The notes under the pieces were generated by a model, which did not search any database, was not told the origin of the DNA, and was given only the letters and a program-made list of their open reading frames with translations. DNA of 64,000 nt from the human T2T-CHM13v2.0 reference genome, Homo sapiens. The DNA lies in NCBI RefSeq assembly GCF_009914755.1, contig NC_060940.1; one strand, written 5' to 3'. Of the stretch, positions 13,720-25,396 are shown in pieces; position 1 is the stretch's first letter, and each line of letters begins with the position of its first letter. The translations under genes were made by a program, and so were the position numbers.

Positions 13720-15021
13720 TTTATTAGTCAGGTTTCTCCAGAGAAACAGGACCAGTATAGTAATGTGTTTTTTAATGAAGGAGATACATTCTGAGAAGAG
13801 TCATTAGGTTATTTCATTGTATGAACATCATAGCATGCACTTACACAAACCTAGATGGTATAGCATCCTATATATACAAGCTATGTGGTATAGCTTTTTG
13901 TTCCTAGGCTATAAACCTCTACAACATATTACTGTACTGAATACTGTAGGCAATTGTAACACAATTGTAAATACCTGTGTGTCTAAACTAGTAAAGACAA
14001 AAGGTACAGTAAAAGTAAAGTAGCTACACTAAATTTATTTTTTAAATTATTTCTTCAATAATTGCCTTCTATTATTGAAAGTCAAAAACCTACAAATTAT
14101 TGTAATTTTTCACTTTATAAACTTTCAATTTTTAAAAACTTTTTGACTCTTTTGCAGTAACTCTCAACTTACAGTACAGATATGTTGTACAGCTGCACAA
14201 AAATATTTTATTTTTTATGTCTTTATTCTATAAGCCTTTTGTTATGTTGGGTTTTTAAAAAATATTGTTTTGTTTTACTTTCTAAACTTTTTTGTTAAAA
14301 GCTAAGACACAAACACACATATTAGGCCTACAAAGTGTTGGGATCATCAATATCATCTCCACATCTTGTCCCACTGGTAGGTCTTCAGAGGCAATAACAT
14401 GAATGGTGCTGTCATCTCCTATGAGAGCAATGCCTTCTTCTGGAGTACCTCGTGAAGGACCTGCCTAAGGCTGTTTTACAGTTAACCATTTTTTCATATG
14501 CAGAGGGAATATACTCTAAAAGAATAATAAGAAGTATAGTATAGTAAATACATAAACCAATAACATGGTTTTTATAGTTACTACCGGGTATTATGTACTA
14601 TATGTAATTTCATGTGCTATACTTTTATACAAGTAGCAGCACAGTAGGTTTTTTTTACACCAGCATCCAACAAACACGTGAGTAATGTGTTGCTATGATG
14701 TTATGATGGCTATGACATCAATAGGTGCTAGGAATTTTTCAGTTCTATTATAATCTTTTGGGACCACCATGGTATTTGCTGTCTGTCTGTCATTGACTGA
14801 AACATGTGCTGCATACGACTGTGTACACACACACACAGAGAGAGAGAGAGAGGCAGAGAGAGAAAGAGACAGATTTATTATGAATAATATGTTCTTACGA
14901 TTATGAAGGCCAAGCAGTCCCAAGATCTGTCATCTGCAAGCTGGAGACCCAGAAAGCCCAGTGGTGTAATTCAGTCCAAGACCAAAGGCCTGAGAACCAG
15001 AGAAACTAATCGTATAAATCC
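13720..15021. mobile_element. MLT2 (ERVL) LTR, split by Tigger3b and truncated at about 15020
   Basis: tattagtcaggtttctccagagaaacag start; resumes at about 14822 with (CA)n(GA)n and gtcccaagatctg...gctggagaccc...ggcctgagaaccag. Confidence 0.8.
13758..14821 (-). mobile_element. Tigger3b (Golem) DNA transposon
   Basis: Termini tagtaatgtg... and ...gcatacgactg at a TA site; internal cccactggtaggtcttcag, gaaggacctgcct and acacaaacctagatggtatagc motifs. Confidence 0.85.
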
Positions 15022-15458
15022 ACCAAAAAGACCTTAATTTAAATCTTTATGTCATTTTCTAGTCAGGTGGTCTGGGACAATTTCACAGGGTAGTTAAAAA
15101 ATGAGTTCTCTTGTTATTTCTCCTGATAATCTCGCTAGATGTTTTTAAAATGTTTAGCATGGGTCCAGCAAAGAGCAAGTGCTCTTGCCGTCTTGGCCTC
15201 CCAAAGTGCTGTGATTACAGGCGTGAGGCACTGTGTGCGGCCAGAAGCCTTTTCTAAAAACCTGTTGCTACTGTAGGGCTAACACTGATTGAGCACCTGC
15301 TCTTTGCTAGACCCATGCTAAACATTTTAAAAACAGCTAGCAAGATTATCAGGAGAAATAACAGGAGAACTCATTTTGTAACTATCCTGTGAAATTGTCC
15401 CAGACCACCTGACTAGTAAATTACACAGAGATTCGAATTAAGGTCTTTTTGGTGGATT
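15017..15458. repeat. Inverted repeat: 168-bp arms (15017-15184, 15291-15458) with a 106-bp spacer
   Basis: Manual alignment of the left arm to the reverse complement of the right arm is ungapped with 13 mismatches (about 92 percent); the arm sequence is MIR-like. Confidence 0.95.
15185..15242 (-). mobile_element. Alu 5' fragment (about 58 bp)
   Basis: ttggcctcccaaagtgctgtgattacaggcgtgaggcactgtgtgcggcc; rest of the Alu is missing. Confidence 0.9.
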
Positions 15459-16261
15459 GGAAAAACTATGGGCTTTGGGAGCTAACTGCCTCGTTCTTAC
15501 CTGATTAGATCAATAAACACACTCCAGAAATGTATTCAGGTATAACATATATGAAATAGAAGGCCAACATCACCTTTACTCTGAAAAATATATTTATCTT
15601 TACTACTAGGAGTAGAATTATGCAGCTGTTTTATGAAGGTTTAAACTTAAGGAGACAGAAGAATTTCATGACCATAGAGGTTGTTCAACAATTAGGATTT
15701 TTCTGTGAAATTTCCAGTAGAGTTAAAGAAAGATGCAATAAAAATCATAGAACAGGCAGAAAGCTCTATAAACTTACTTTTATATGGGATTGGGGAAGGA
15801 GAGGTATACAAAATTAATTCTAAGAGGAAACTTTTCAAAGGCCTAAATATTTCATTTAAAAGTCTAAATTCAAAGCTAAAACAATGATACTATGGGCCAC
15901 ATGTGATATATAGATAGACATGTACAGAGAGATATAGATAGATACAGATCTAGATAGAGATATTTATTTAATTTTTAATCAAGCCAGGTAATTCCCTTCT
16001 TCCCTAAACATAAAACATGTCTGCCTAAATTAATCACAATAATATTATCTATTTTTCAATTTTTAACACATTTTACCTTTTAAGATAATTCAATAATACA
16101 TTTTTTCCTTTTTCTATCAAATAAAATCTCTTAAAACCAGATGGTCGGTCTTAATTAATTCTTATCACAGAGACATCTTCATCATAAAGCATTTTTCACA
16201 GATGAACAGTATTATATAAGCTCCTTTGTTTACTGAATTACTAAAAGAATGATTTTTCATG

Positions 16262-16399
16262 AGGGAAGCAGTCACTGTAATTTTATTTTATTTCTTCAAC
16301 TTCTTTGGCACTTAAAAGCAATTATAACATAGGGAAGCAGTCACTGTAATTTTATTTTATTTCTTCAACTTCTTTGGCACTTAAAAGCAATTATAACAT
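16262..16399. repeat. Perfect 69-bp tandem duplication
   Basis: agggaagcagtcactg...aattataacat is identical at 16262-16330 and 16331-16399. Confidence 0.97.
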
Positions 16400-16608
16400 T
16401 TAGTCTATTGAGTATTCACTGAAGCAAGAGATATGTTTGTTTTAAATGCTTGTGTTTTCAAAAAATAAATAAATTTTTCAGGATTTTTATGTACTGCAGT
16501 GTTTAGTTTCCAAATAAATATTGCAAAGGCCACGTTTGTCAGTAGGCTGTCCATCTGCATGCATAAAACTTGCACTCACCATCAAAACATCCAGTAGATG
16601 GAGGTTTC

Positions 16609-16780
16609 TATTTTATTTCATTTTATTTTAGAGACAGGGTATTGCTTTGTTGCCCAGACTGAGGTGTAGTGGTGCTATCATAACTCACTGCAGCCTCGAA
16701 TTTCTGGGCTCAAGTGATCCTCTCACCTCAGCCTCCCAAGTAGGTGGGACTAACAGGTATGTGTCACCACACCCAGCTAA
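16609..16780 (-). mobile_element. Alu right monomer (FRAM/AluJ-like)
   Basis: gagacagggt...cactgcagcctcg...gggctcaagtgatcctc...cacacccagctaa. Confidence 0.8.
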
Positions 16781-16985
16781 CTTACCTTCATCCTTCTTTT
16801 TCTTATCCTGCTTCCCATCTTACACAGCTAAAATATCAAGTGAAATCACCAGGAAACAACATTTTCTTTCAGAGACAGATGAGCACTTAATGCCTCAATT
16901 AGATTTCATCTAGGAAAGATAATATAATTATGACCTATATACTTTGAAAAAATCTTTGAGAAAATGAGCAACAAATGGTGGCATG

Positions 16986-16986
<1 letters not shown>

Positions 16987-17042
<56 letters not shown>

Positions 17043-17045
17043 ACA
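16987..17045. repeat. Compound (CT)n(CA)n microsatellite
   Basis: Directly visible. Confidence 0.95.
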
Positions 17046-17437
17046 TAAATAAATCTACAATAAAATTAAATTTCTTGGAAGAAAAGTTTTCAATTACACA
17101 GTTCCTACAGTATGGACAAGGCTGAGTTTAGTGTTGTTACATATTAACTTCAATTTTCAGAGCAACTCTTCAAGGGAGGCTGAGCAATGTCACATGGTGA
17201 ATAAATGATGAAGACATGTTTGGAACACAGGTTGTCTGACTCTAGGAGCCAAAGTGATTTGCGTTCATCAGCCTCCTTTCCTCCCAACTAAAAAATATGT
17301 ATTCACAGAGTTTTTACTTTTTTTCTGAATTCACAAATGATTTTTGTATGGTTTCAAGTAAAACACATAGATTCATTTTTCCCTAAATATATAATTAGAC
17401 AAATACATTCAAATTTATCAAATAACCTTGAACTGGT

Positions 17438-17461
17438 ATGTGTGTGTGTGTGTGTGTGTGT
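17438..17461. repeat. (TG)n microsatellite
   Basis: Directly visible. Confidence 0.9.
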
Positions 17462-19043
17462 ATTTTCTTCAAGTCATATTCTATTTGTATAAAGGCACTG
17501 CTTCCCCCTTTATTGGCTGCATGATTAAACATGCTGATTCTTCCTCTTTTGCTTCAAATTATCATTGATATTAGTCTGGTCAAATATATTGAATTATCTT
17601 TCGAGTTTATTCTATTTTTGGAATATAGTCCACTGCCTGATGCCAAGATTAACCTCTGTAACAGCTCCCATTTTAAAATATAAAAATAGTATTATTTCCT
17701 AAATAAGAAGCATTGAAAATGGCAGGACAGTTTTCATTTTTCCTTTTCCTGCTCAAACTCTCCCTCACCTCCCCCTAATCCATAAACTATATCAGTGCAA
17801 GAAAGGGAGAAGTTGAGGAGGAAAGAGGGGGATGGTAGAAGCAATAACTTTTATAATTTTACAAAACTGATTTATTCATTCATCAAATATTTAATAAGTG
17901 ACTTTTATGTTCCAGGCACTGTGCTAGAATAAATGTTACTATGGTAAGGAAAAACAATACACTATTTTACATACTTATTTATAAATTGATTAAATTCCAT
18001 GTATTTCTTTTATACAACATGTTTTCAAGTATATGTATACACTGTGGAGTGGCTAAATCTAGCTAAAGGTATGCATTACCTCACATAGTTATTTTTGTGG
18101 TGAGAACACTTAACATTCACTTTCTTAGCATAGATAAATTATTATAGACCTTATAAAGGCACTTAAAAAGTTCTATATAAAGATGATGGAAGGCAAAGAA
18201 ATGCACGATGCTTAATAAGTGCTTTAGTAATTTTTTGAAAGCAAAACAATTTTTACTGTCAAATATATTTGTCAATTGTAAAGCATGCTTATGTTCTGAA
18301 TTAAGAATTTTTGAAATATTTTAAATCATTTATTCAAGGCAACCAATTAAGCCCATGAAGAGACACTTTTTATAAAAGAGATACATTGATAATGACTCTA
18401 TGAAAGGCATCTATAATGGCATTTTGATCACAATTTGAGAATTTAATCTCTATACATTGCAGAATAAGAAATCCATTTTCTAGTTATTTTTGCTCAAGCG
18501 GCATTGAATGCAGCCTAAGGGACAAAGAATGTGTGTGACCATCAAGCATGGCCCACTCTGAACTTGAATTTCTGCTCAACTCTCAGTCTCTTACATGCTG
18601 CAGTTCAGTGGTGAGTGAAGGACAGCTTGAGTGCTGAATGGCAGTCTTCATAAGTTGTAAATATACCATCAGATGTGAAAATGCCACCATTTTATTTCTG
18701 AACTTGTAACAATCAATGCAATATTATTTTTCTCCTAAAAACAAATCATTATTGGGATTCCTCACATCTTTCCTAATTGTAATCAGGAGTTATAATTGTC
18801 TCACACTTCTGAATCAAGTGAATCACTTCAAATTGCACAAGAATAGCTCTGCTGTGTGAAGTAATACAACAGTTTACTCTTGTGCCATTCAATCATAATA
18901 TGAAATAGAACATGCTATTCCTCTCTGAACATGTAACAACTAGTGCAGTCATCTGAAAAGGCAGGTAACTCCAGATCAATAAGGCTGGACTGTGGCCTCT
19001 ATGAAAAAAGTAATAGATAGAGAGACAAAGAGGGAGAAAGAGA

Positions 19044-19054
19044 GTGTGTGTGTA

Positions 19055-19085
<31 letters not shown>
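19044..19085. repeat. (GT)n microsatellite
   Basis: Directly visible, interrupted. Confidence 0.9.
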
Positions 19086-20549
19086 CAATCAGAAGAGAGA
19101 CTAATTAGCCTGGTTCATAGGAATTGATTTGGGGTGGAGAAGGGGCAGGAAAGTGATGGTGACAGTGCCCTTCGAAACAACATTCTTTGAAGGTTGTGAA
19201 TTGATTCAAGGACAAACCTGTCAGGTTCTAGTACTTTCAATCACTCAAAACAACAACAACTAAATATCATTGTCCTGGTGCATTTATGAAACAAGTCCAC
19301 TCCACGGCTTGCATAAGATTATGTCTCTACTATAGAATGCTGAGTTACACCAAGGTGACGCGAACTCATGGACCACCTTGTGGAACACTGCCCTGATTCA
19401 TTACAGTTGCCTCTTATTTTGAGTTTAAAATGCTACATTTTGAAAAACTGACATTGTAAAATTACATTTAAAACATTTATAATTCAAAAGCAAGAGTGTA
19501 GCTATCAAATATTAGCCACTCAGTGATTATTGGCTATCAGTAAGCTTTTTACACATGATCTTTTAACAAATAGCTAGTGAGCATCTACTATGATTGTTGG
19601 TAACTCATTAATATTACCAAAAACCAAAACTGCATGAGTTAGGCACTATTACTATAATTAATGCCTAACCTGTGAAGAAACCCAAAGTTTAGAAAATTTC
19701 TACCTATGTGACATTGGGCCAGAAGTGGTGAAGCTAAGATTTAGCACCAAGTTTTCTGATGCTGAAGACTAACTTCTTGTTACTATGTTATTTCACTATG
19801 ATTCAATAATATTTCAAATGTGAACTTGACTTGAAAATAAATCACAGGTCTGTTGACTGAATAAAGACTACCACTCTCAGGTAAACAAACTCCAAGCAAA
19901 CTTTTATACATGTGATGCACAATATTGCTTGTGCATTGTGGTAGATACAGTATAGGATGAAGAGACAGATTAAGTGATTGATGAACTTTGATTTTGCCAC
20001 AAAGTATCTGGGCACAATTTCATGGAGTCTCATTGGATGGGGTTCGGTTTCTTTATCATTCATGATAATAAGAATATTAAATAACAATAAGACCATGTTT
20101 ACTAACTGCAGGAACCTATTTACCCTAATGAGTATCATAAATCGATACAACTTCATAGTTTTCTTGCTCAGAAACTTTTGTGATTTTTCTCTGTGTGTGT
20201 ACATGTGTGTAAAATGTAATTTGTTGGATCATAGATAGCACAGTTAGTTTTTATTTTTCTTTATCAAAAAAGCCACAGATTGAGAAGCCATAAACTATTT
20301 TGACAAGTATTTTTATGAGATAAAATGTCATATCACATTACTCATTTCTGTAGTGAAAATAATTTGATAGGCAATTATAGTTTTCTTCTGTGTGCTCTTT
20401 TGGAAGATGAGACCATTGAGGTTACCTGTGGATCAATAGCACTCATTATGTTGTGAGCAGCCTTGTCATAATGCAATACCTAGGAAAGTGTCTTTTGGAG
20501 CTAAATTTAGCTTTGGGGAAATAGTATAAGAAAGCTGGGGGACTTCTAG

Positions 20550-22440
20550 CCGTGATAAGAGTCGCGAGTCGCTGAGACCAAACTTTCCTTCTTAACACAA
20601 CACACACACACAGAAAATGGGACAAACTGAACAAAACAACTACTTTTACAAAGTGGAAACAGTAGGAAGCACAGGAATGTGATATTTGAGAAAAGGCAAT
20701 ATAGGGTGAATTCTACAGCCATTCTAGCTTTCTTCCTGGAAGCACTTTATGGACCTTGCTGAGGGGAGGGAAGACATAATAAAAGCACATTGGCCTTTCT
20801 GAGTTGAAGTGACAGAGCTAGCAGCTCAGTAAGGTTCAGACAGCTAGAATATATAAAGCAGAGTAGAGAGAAGGAGACTACACCAAGAAAAAGGTTCAGA
20901 ATCTGCCCAAGGGGTCTTCTTGATTCTCTTACTGAGTAATAACTCAAGTTGGGTCAACCTCCACGAGGATAGCCAAAAAACAAACAAACAAAAAAAAACA
21001 GAGATCTATAAGCTGAATTTCACTTTCAACCACAGGTGGACTAACATTCGCATTTGCTCTAGACAGTGTGAAACAAGGAATTAATTCAGTAGAGATGCCA
21101 GAGGATTATGCCTCAATGGCAGGATGAAAGTTGCTCGAGAGAAAGTATACTCTAGATCTTCCTTAATAAAACTTCAAAAAAAAAAAAAAAACCCCTCTAA
21201 TGAACCAAACTCATCCAAAGATAACTGCATGCTGATGAAGTTTCATTATACTTTAAAAGAAAACAATAAAATCTAACATCTTACAATATAAAGTTACCAT
21301 GTCCAGCATTTTATTAAAATTTACCTTGGGCCAGGTGTGGTGGCTCATCCCTGTAATCCCAGCACTCTGGGAGGCCAAGGTGGATAGATCACGAGCTCAG
21401 GAGATCAAGACCATCCTGGCTAACACAGTGAAACCCCATCTCTAATAAAAACAGAAAAAATTAGCTGGGCGTGGTGGCACACGCCTATAGTCCCAGCTAC
21501 TCAGAAGGCTGAGGCAGGAGAATCACTTGAACCCAGGAGGCAGAGGTTTCAGTGAGCCGAGATTGAGCCATTGCACTCCAGCCTGGGCAACAGAATGAGA
21601 TTCTGTCTCAAAAGAAAAAAAAAAAGAAAAAGAAAAAAATTACCATATACCACATTCTGTCAAAATGTAAAAACTATGGTGATATGTGACCTATATCCAG
21701 AGAAATCCATTTTAAATATGCTCAAGAATTTAATGGAAAACATGAGCTTTAAAAAATTGAAAGAAAAAAGAATCGGAGGGAATTCCTAGGATGAAAACTA
21801 TAATGTCTGAAATTTAAAAGTCATTCAAAAGATTATCAGCAATTGAGACATTGCTAAAGAAAAAAAGCAGTGAGCATGATAACATAGATATAGAGCCTGC
21901 TTAAACTGAAGCACAGAGAAAAAACTATATTCGGCAATATCAAGCAAACTAAAATAAGTGTAATTAGGGTCCTAGAAAAAAAAAAGGAGAGAGGGTTTAT
22001 TGGAAGTTAATTATTTGTTAAAAATTATAAATCCACAGATCCAAGGAAATCCACAAGATTAACAGAAAAATCCGTCAAGATACATCACAATGAAGTTGCA
22101 GAAAACCAATGATAAAAACAACATCTTAAATTCAGATTGAGTTAAAAGTACACGATACATAAGAATAAAGAATGGCCTCAGATTTCTCAACAGAAAAAAA
22201 AAGCAGAAAAGATACAGAATGGCATTTTAATGTCCCCCAAAAAATAAAAAAGGAATTCTATAATCAGGACAAATGTCCTTCAAAAGTGAAGATTAAAAGA
22301 CTTTTTGAAACAAAAACAGAAAATTTGTTGTCAGCCCACTGACATTATAAGAAAGACTAAAGGAAGTTTTTTAAGAAGAAAATGAAAACAAATTAATAGT
22401 TGTATATACACAAATAATTAAACAATACCTGATATGGGGA
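20550..22440 (+). mobile_element. Old L1M 5' region and decayed ORF1 (host element for later insertions)
   Basis: ORF1-like motifs at 21700-22380 (taattagggtcctagaa, aatccacagatccaagg, cagatttctcaacagaa, ccttcaaaagtgaag). Confidence 0.65.
21329..21638 (+). mobile_element. AluS (Sc-like)
   Basis: gatcacgagctcaggagatcaagaccatcctggctaacac; A tail; aaaatt(t)acc flanks. Confidence 0.9.
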
Positions 22441-22494
22441 TTAGAACGCTAATTACATGAGGTTTCTTTCATTTAAAAAAAAAAAAATCCCTGG

Positions 22495-24505
22495 ATTTGG
22501 GGAAGGGCCAAGATGGCTGACTAGAAACTGCTTCGGTCTACAGCTCCCAGCAAGAGGAATGTGGAAGGCAGGTGATTTTCTGCATCCCCAACTGAGATAC
22601 CAAGTTCATCTTACTGGGACTGATAGGCGGTTGGAACAACCACGGAGAGTGAGCAGAAGCAGGGTGGGGCTTCACTTCACCCCGGAGCTGCACGGAGGCA
22701 GGGAAACCTCCCTCTCCCAGCAAATGGAAGGGGTGAGGGGTACATGCCAGGGGTACTATGCCTCTCCCACGAATTTTTGCAATCTGTGGATCAGGAGATT
22801 CCCTCGTGAGCCCACACCTCCAGGGCCCTGAGTCTCAAGCACAAAACTGGGCAAACCAACGACAGCCGCTTCTGTCAGTGGCTGTTTGGGCAGACATTGA
22901 GCTGCAGGAGTTTTTACCTAGTCCAGCGGCTCCTGGAACTTCAATGAGACAGGAGAACAGTGCACTCCCATGGAAAGGTGACTGAAGCCAGGGAGCAAGT
23001 GGCCTTGATCAGCGGGTCCCACTCCCATGGAGCCTGGCAAGGTAAGACCCCCTGGCTTGAGATCCCCACAGCCAGCACAGCAGTCTGGAGTCGGCCTGGG
23101 ACGACGGAGTTCCTGGGGGGCTTCCAGATAGAACTCTCATCTCCCTGGGACACAACTTAGCCTTTCCTGCCTCCTGGCTCTAAAGAGACCACCTTTCCTG
23201 CCTGCTGGCTCTAAAAAGACCGGCTGATCCCAACGAGGGGTATTCTCCCAGCACACTACACCAGATTCGCTAAGGGACAGACTGCTTCCTTAAATGGGTC
23301 CTTGATCTGTGCCTCCTGACTGGGTGAGACCTCCCAACGGGGGTCTCCAGACACCTCATACAGGAGAGTTCCAGCTGACATCAGGTTGGTGACCCTTTGG
23401 GATGAAGCTTCAAGAGGAAGGAGCAGGCAGCAATCTTTGCTGTTCTGCAGCCTCCACTGGTGATACCTAGGTGAACAGAGTTTGGAGTGGATCCCCAGCA
23501 AACTGCAGCAGACCTGCAGAAGAGGGACCTGACTGTTAGAAGAAAAATAAATTAACAGAAAGTAACAACAACAACAACATTAACAAAAAAGACCCAACAG
23601 AAACACCATCCAAAGTTCATCAGCCTCAAAGATTAAAGGTAGATACATCATGAAGATGAGGAAAAACCAACGCAAAAAATGCTGAAAATATCAAAAGCTA
23701 AAATGCCTATTCTCCTCCAAACAATCGCAACACTTCTCCAGCAAGGGCAGAGAATGGGGCTGAGGCTGAGATGGATGAACTGACAGAAGTAGGCTTCAGA
23801 AAGTGGGTAATAACGAATTCCATGGAGCTAAAGGATTATGTTATAACCCAATGCAAAGAAGTTAAGATCCATGATCAAAGATTATAGGAGCTGTTAACTA
23901 GAATAACCAGTTTAGAGAGGAACATAAACGACCTGACGGAGCTGAGAAACAGCACGAGAACTTCATGATACAAATACAAGTATCAATGGCTGAATCGACC
24001 AAGCGGAAGAGTGAGTATCAGAGCTTGAAGACAATCTTGCTAAAATAAGGCAGGCAGATAAGATTAGAGAAAAAAGAATGAAAAGGAATGAACAAAACCT
24101 CCAAGAAATATGGGACTATGTAAAAAGACTAAACCTACGACTGATTGGATTATCTGAAAGAGCTGTCCTTTGCAGGGACATGGATGAAACTAGGAGTCAT
24201 TAACCCTAGCAAATTAATGCAGGAACAGAAAACATAACACTGCAAATTCTTATTTATGAGTGGGAGCTGAACAATGAGAACGCATTGTCTCATGAACACA
24301 TGAGGACACAGGGCAAAAAACAGCACGTGTTGGGGCCTCTCGAGGGGTAGTTGGGGAGGGAGAACATCATAAAAAATAGCTAATGCACGCTGGGTTTAAT
24401 GCCTATGTGATGGTTTGACAGGTGCAGCACACCACCATGGCACATTTTTACCTATGCAACAAACCTGCAGTTCCTGTACCTGTAGCAAGAACTAAAAAGA
24501 AAAAT
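22495..24505 (+). mobile_element. L1PA (PA8-10-like): 5'UTR plus half of ORF1 fused to the ORF2 end and 3'UTR
   Basis: ggccaagatggctgactagaa 5' end; ORF1 start atgaggaaaaacc at about 23657; abrupt junction at about 24162 to tgtcctttgcagggacatggatg and the 3'UTR. Confidence 0.88.
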
Positions 24506-24509
24506 TTTT

Positions 24510-25396
24510 AAAAAGCAAATGCTAAGAAAGTAATAAGAATTGTCTAAACATTCAATTAAAAAGCAGAAACTAAGTAGTCAGAATGTAAAGAACAAACTAT
24601 ATGCTTTCTATAAAAACTCATTTAAATAGAATGATATAGACAGCTTAAATGTAAATGTTTTTAAAAAGTAAACCACACAAATGCTAATGCTTCAAATGCT
24701 TCAAAAGAAAGCTATAGGGGCCCTGTTAATATAAAAGTAGACACTAGAAAAAGGAATAAATAAAAGGTTACATTTTGTAATGATAAAGGGGTCAATTCTT
24801 CACAAGGACTTATAAAACTGAAATGTGTGTGCTCATAATAGAGATTCAAAATGTATAGAACATATATTGATAGAAAAAAAAGGACAAACATAACTACATT
24901 TATAATGATATATTTCATACACGTCTCTCAGAAAATCATAGAAAGTAGACAAGCAGTAGGGATATAGAAGATGCGAACACTGTGAATACATGTAAAATAA
25001 TTGAAATTTATAGGATACAGAAGAACTATGAACATCATTAAGTAGAAGTGTCATCTTTAGAAATGCCATATGACCAAAAAAAATTCACATATTTTTCAAA
25101 TGCTTCTGCAAGTGTATCAAGATAGAGTGCATTCTGGGTCATAAAATGAGTCCCAACAAAATTAAAAGCATGAAAATCATACAGAGCATATTCTTTTATC
25201 ACAACATAATTAAAATAGAAATCAATAACAGAAAGATATCTGAAACACTTTTATATATTTGAAAATTAAACAATGGATTTTTTTAATAACCCATGGGTCA
25301 AAGAAGAAATCAGAATGAAAATTAGAAAATATTTTGAAACTGAAAGAAAATGGAAATAGGGCATATCAAAAGTTGTGATCTACAGTAAAGCAGTGC
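24510..25396 (+). mobile_element. Old L1M ORF2 endonuclease-region fragment
   Basis: taatgataaaggggtcaattc, attctgggtcataaaa, aataacccatgggtcaaagaagaaatc; resumes after the THE1 element at 27793 (agtacttagag). Confidence 0.75.

Noticed and set aside
19842-20238. Overlapping 120-aa (minus) and 86-aa (plus) hydrophobic ORFs in unique sequence
   Set aside because: No recognisable family; hydrophobic composition is expected from AT-rich DNA; no convincing splice or promoter context.
23161-23222. 31-bp tandem duplication in the L1PA 5'UTR
   Set aside because: Real (3 mismatches), but an ordinary old slippage event with no further implication.
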